From positions 186,001-250,000 of the forward strand of contig NW_026867443.1 of NCBI RefSeq assembly GCF_020745735.1: DNA of 64,000 nt, in the 5' to 3' direction. A program made the position numbers and the translations under genes. Shown here piece after piece: positions 58,971-64,000 of this stretch. Position 1 is the stretch's first letter. The number at the start of each line of letters is the position of its first letter. The DNA comes from Hemiscyllium ocellatum (Eukaryota). The notes under the pieces are model-generated. The model saw only the letters and a list, made by a program, of their open reading frames with translations, had not been told where the DNA came from and ran no database searches.

Positions 58971-61900
58971 GATGAAGAAGATTCAGTCTCTGTCTCTGTG
59001 TACTTTGGGAATGGCCAGAGCTGAGTCCTCAGGGATAGGTGTACGAAGTGAAAAGCTCCACCCCACCCCCAGGTATGGAGCAGGAAGGGGAGAATAGAGG
59101 GGGCAATGGGGAACACAATAATCTGATGGGAATTCCCCTGAACACCAACACATCCTTTCAGCACAGCAAGATCCCGAGCCAAGCAGTTCAGTACGCATTT
59201 TATTGATCAATTTGACCAGCAGGATGTTACTACCTAGAATAACAATACCATAGGGTTTGCAAAGTAAATATTCCATACAGCATTTGATTGGTATTTGGAG
59301 AGAATGTGCAAAATCCACATAGACATTCGCCTGAGGCGAGGATCGAACCTAGGTCCCTGGTACTATGAGGTAGTAGGGCTAGCCACTGAGCCACCATACT
59401 GACTGGATCCATCCCTGATACAAAATATTCTGATCACAATTCCCCCTCCACACCAACCCATCCATCAGGTACAGCAAGATCCTGAGCCAAGCAAATCAGA
59501 TCAGGGTCACTGGGGACACTCTATTGATCAATATGATCAGCAGAATCTTGGAACTCAGAATAACAATTCCACAGGGTTTGGGTAATAAATATTCCATAAA
59601 TTAGACTCTTCAAATGAGATGGAATTGCCCTGTGTGTCCATGGAGTCAGATTGAGAAGGTTCAGTCTGGGAGTCATGGCTGGGGGGACAGTCAATGATAA
59701 ACTGGTTCCAACTTCTGCTGTCACATTCTGTAGCTCCTGGGCCATCTCAGTGACAACCAGCCAGGGCTCAGGGTGGATTCCAGAGCAGCTCATTGTCCTG
59801 ACTGTTGTGTTCCTCAGTCCACATGTGGCTCCAGCAATCTCACTCCATGGTTCTCGTATCAGTGAGAACCGTGGGGCTGAAATCATATCCAAACGGAATC
59901 TCACACAGCGGGGAGGCTGCTGGTAGACCAGAAACCCCTTGGATTCAGTCCCAGATTCCACCGTGGCTCTTTCATCAAACACAGCATTAGCTCACTGACA
60001 CCACATTCAGAGGGTAATCCTGAGATGGGGCAAGTTTGGTTCTTGATTCCAATGTGAGGAAATGGGGGCTGGGTGTGAAATGTCTAGTCTGAAACTGGTG
60101 GGGGTACTTTATAATGAAGAATAGAAACTGATTTCAGGATAAAGTCAGATGTTGATGGGAGTGAGGAATATCTCAGTGATCTGTCTCCAGAATCCACAGC
60201 CTACACACATCCTCCTGTCAGACCCTGAAGTCTGAGAAAGCAGCTCATCGACATCCAATATTTCTCCAACCTTCCCAGAAAAGGTGAAATATTCTCTGTC
60301 TGAGTGATTCCCCGGGCAGTGCATTTTATAAAGGGCTGTGGGAAGGGAACCGTTGACTCTCAATGACAAAGCCAATGGAAGGATGTGGAGCTGACACTGT
60401 GAAACGTAACGGCGCAGAAGATGACACCAGAAGCAATTCAATGTTGTCACTCTCTCCTTTGGTAATAATTGGTTTTCCCTCATAATGTGCTCTCTTGTAT
60501 TCGATCCACCTGTCTTTCTTGCTTTGCTTCTTTTGACTTGAGTCTGTGGGTAGTTCCATCAAAACCCAATCTCCTCACACTCATCCTGGCCCCTGAAGAG
60601 ATTGGTTAGAGAAGACTGAATTACAGCAAGTGACACAGATATTTCTTATCTTACCACATTGAATCAAACCATTGATCCCATTAATCTTCAAAACAGATTT
60701 CAGCATTAAAGTCACATTTGTTGGTTATAAAAGTAACATATTTCTCAGGCTGAAAGAAGGAAGCTTCAGACTGAGAAATGATCTAACTTTACCCAGATCC
60801 TGAGCATTGGCAAGTGGAACTAGATTGCGTTGGGATATCTGGTCAGCGTGGACGAGTTGGACTGAAGGTTCTGTCTCCATGCTATACATCTCTATTACTC
60901 TAATAGCACAACAGAACAAAGTGATATCAATTAGCACCAGTATAAATACAGGGCAGCCTATATCCTGCAGTTGGCACTCAGTGCAGCTGGCACAGAGGGG
61001 AATGCTGGGAAGTTTGGTCAATGTGGGAGTTCGGTGAACTGTGGGAACTGTAGGAGGTCTACCTTTGCTTTACCAAACTGGTTTGGAACTGTCACTTCAG
61101 CTGATGGGAGCCTGCACATGCACTTGGATTGAAAATAGCAAAATAATAAACAAGGGGACAGGAGTCTGTTGACCAGATCAGCTGGGAAGAGCTTTGTGTA
61201 AGGAACCATATAAATAGTATGCTTAGGAAACCTCAAATAGGGAAATCCAAGAAATGAAAAGCACTGAAACATTGATCCAGAGACTGAGGACAATTACTAG
61301 TTTAATGAAAGAATTGATTTCTTTCATTTGTAAGTGGGATCAGCATTTGTTCATTAAACTGAAATGATTCAGGGTAAATACATCTGTAGTGTCTGTATAA
61401 AACTACAGCAACTCCCACTCAGGGGGTTTGGATTGGAAGCTGAGTTGTAAGAATCCTGATACATCAGGGAGGGGCAGCGATACCTGGAGACTTTGTTCCA
61501 GATGGAAGGTGCAAGCCTCAGGACTGGGCAGTCCGATTCCATGTTAGTAAGGGGCAGGAGGGTATGACCCATGAGGGAGGCAGATAGGGAGTTGGAGAAT
61601 ACAGTGGGACAGGAAAACCCCCCACTCTTCGAAACTCCAGTGAGATCAAGGCCAGCCTTTCCAATCCTTCCTCACCACACAGCCACCTCATACCATGGAT
61701 CAGTCGGGTAAAACTCCTCTGAAACACTTCCAATGGATTTATATTCTTTCTGCAATTAGGAGACCAAAAGTTCATACAAACCTTGAGATGTCCAGGATGA
61801 ACTGAAACATCACATTCTCACTTTCAGATCCCTAATCACACCTGCTCTTACTTTTCACCAGCCTTGTTACTGTCCATCTCTCATTGTCATGTACACAGTG

Positions 61901-63584
61901 GCGCTGAGCTGCTTTCTCGAACTGTTACAGTCTGTGTGCTGTAGGTAGACCCACAATGTGCGGAGGAAGGGAATTCCAGGATTCTGACCCAGTAACAATG
62001 TAGGAACAGTGATATATTTCCATATCGGAATGCTGAATGGCTTGGAGGTGTTCCTGTGTATCTGCTACCATGTCCTTCTTGATGGAAGTGGTCATGGGTT
62101 TGGAAGGTGCTCTCTCAGGATCTTTGCTGAACCTCTGCAATGTATCTTGTAGATAGTGCTCACAGCTGTTACTGAGGGTCAGTGCGGAGGCAATGGATAT
62201 ATGTCGATGTGGTGCCAACCAAGCCGGCTGAAATTTGATAAACAAGATTTAAATAAAACAAAATAACATAAAACAGTTTAAAATTAGATAAAATCATCAA
62301 AAACTGTGGTGTCTTTTTGATAAAACATCACTGAATCCAAAACATTATTCCCTCCTCTCTCTAAAGCGGCTGCACCTGTTCCCTTTCTCCAGCATCTTGT
62401 TTGATTTGAGATTTGCTGTATTTTACTCTTATAACCAATGGAATTAAAACAGATACAAGAGAAGCATTGGTCAGCACACTGGGGAGAGTTTCCCTGAGAT
62501 GGTCACAAAGCCCTTATATTCACATCGACCTGAGAGGGCAGTGGTTTAACTGATCATCCAGCAGATGGTGTCTTTGCCTTTGCCAGCCTCAGGATAGTGC
62601 TCCAGTGTCTGGAGTGGGGCTTGAAACCTGCAGGTTCAGGTGACGGTGTTACCACTGAGGCCGTCTATTCTTTCCTGGGATGTGGGTGTCACTGACAAGA
62701 CCAGCATTTGTTCTCCATCCCTAACTGCCCTGAAACTGAGTGGCTTGCTCGGCCTTTCAAATGGCAGGTAAGGGTCAGCCACATTGCTGGAGTCCTGGCA
62801 GAGTCAGACATCAACAACAGGTCTACAAGAACAAGGCCCTTCGGCCCAATGAGCCAAAGCCCCAGTCGAACAAACACCTCACTATTCTAATTCCATGTTC
62901 CTGCTCTTGGCCCGTAGCTCTGTATGCCTTGGCATCACAGCTGCACACCGAAATACTTCAATGTTATGGGAGAGCTTCTGCCTCAACTACCCTTACAGAA
63001 AGCAAGTTACAAATTACCACTACCTATTGCACGAAAGTGTGTTTCCTCACATCCCTCTTAATCTTCTGCCATTTCCCTCAAATCTCTGCCCCCAGTCATT
63101 GATCATGAAATAACTCCACATCATCAAGTCACCCTTTATTTACACATCAACCATCCTTGACTGTAATGTCCCATATAGAGTTGGCACCAGAGGTGCAGGG
63201 TCCCTAACACCCAACCTGTTTGATGTCAGTAAGTCATCTCCCTGTTATATCGTTTGTAAAGATTTGAGATTTTCTTGTGAAACTCCTTTGGGAGTTTTTA
63301 ATAGCACAGAGCCTTCCACACACTCCCATCTCTCTTGATGCTCACCCTTGTCTAGTTAATTCTTCCCATCTCCTTCTCTTCTTTCAGTTCATTCCATTTC
63401 AGTAAAGTCTGTGATATTCCCATGGAGGATGTGTACTTGAAACCGCCAGAGAGAAGCTCCTATGAAGAAGCACTTCAATAGAAGGAAGGCTGATATTTGC
63501 AGGAAGCCTGGACTGTGCCCTTGTAAACCTTTACAAACATTTCCATGTGATCTGTCAGCCTCCTTCAACTCTTCCCATTGCTTC

Positions 63585-64000
63585 CAAATCCAGTGGGTGG
63601 CCATGGGTCCCAGCTATGTCTGCTTGTAGTCGGCTACATCAAACAACACCTCACCAGTACATGCACAAGCACCGTTCCCCAAATCTTCCACCATTACATC
63701 AGTGATTGCATCAGTGCTGCATCCTGCACCCAGGCTGAACTGGAGCAGTTCATCTACTTTGCTAACAACTTCCAACCTGCCCTTAAACTCATGTAGTCTA
63801 TCTTGGACAAATTCTTCTCCTTTCTTGACCGCCCCATTTCCATCTCCGGTGGCAGTCTCGGAACAGACATTTACTGTTAACCCACAGGCTCACACAACTA
63901 CCTGGTCAACACCTTCTCCCAACCAGTATCCTGCAAGAACACCATCTCGTTTTCCCAATTCTTCCATCTCCGTCACATCTGCTCGAACGAGGAGACGCTC
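63585..64000 (+). mobile_element. Penelope-like RT fragment, runs off the window end
   Basis: MGPSYVCL...YISDCISAASCTQAELEQFIYFANNFQPALKL, closely similar to 4139-4549. Confidence 0.85.

Larger units (their letters stand above)
43520..59010 (+). repeat. Right arm of inverted segmental duplication (mate 8075-28220)
   Basis: Collinear reverse-complement similarity, as listed for the left arm. Confidence 0.9.

Overview
Eukaryotic genomic DNA from a cartilaginous fish (shark). The evidence is the cluster-type Ig organisation, V/J/C sequences resembling the shark kappa (type III/NS4) light chain, and shark-type SINE, CR1 and Penelope repeats. The window holds two unrearranged kappa light-chain clusters arranged head-to-head as an old inverted segmental duplication: arms about 8.1-28.2 kb and 43.5-59.0 kb, separated by a ~15 kb retroelement-filled spacer. 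Cluster 1 (minus strand) is complete: promoter, leader, V with 12-RSS, 23-RSS with J, and C. Cluster 2 (plus strand) has an intact promoter, leader, V, near-canonical 12-RSS and C, but a ~300 bp deletion removed its J and 23-RSS. Its V could therefore only be used by inversional joining to the J of cluster 1, as a conversion donor, or through leader-to-C splicing. Both arms share a non-repeat block ~5 kb upstream with an Ets-IRF composite element, a RUNX site and an E-box (candidate B-cell enhancer). Most of the rest is decayed CR1-type LINEs, V-SINEs, a near-complete Penelope element, short Penelope-type hairpins with hammerhead-ribozyme cores, and a Gmr1-type Gypsy fragment. There is one N gap. 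Ig coordinates were read base by base; repeat boundaries are approximate, family names come from motif recognition rather than database searches, and identity figures are hand counts.
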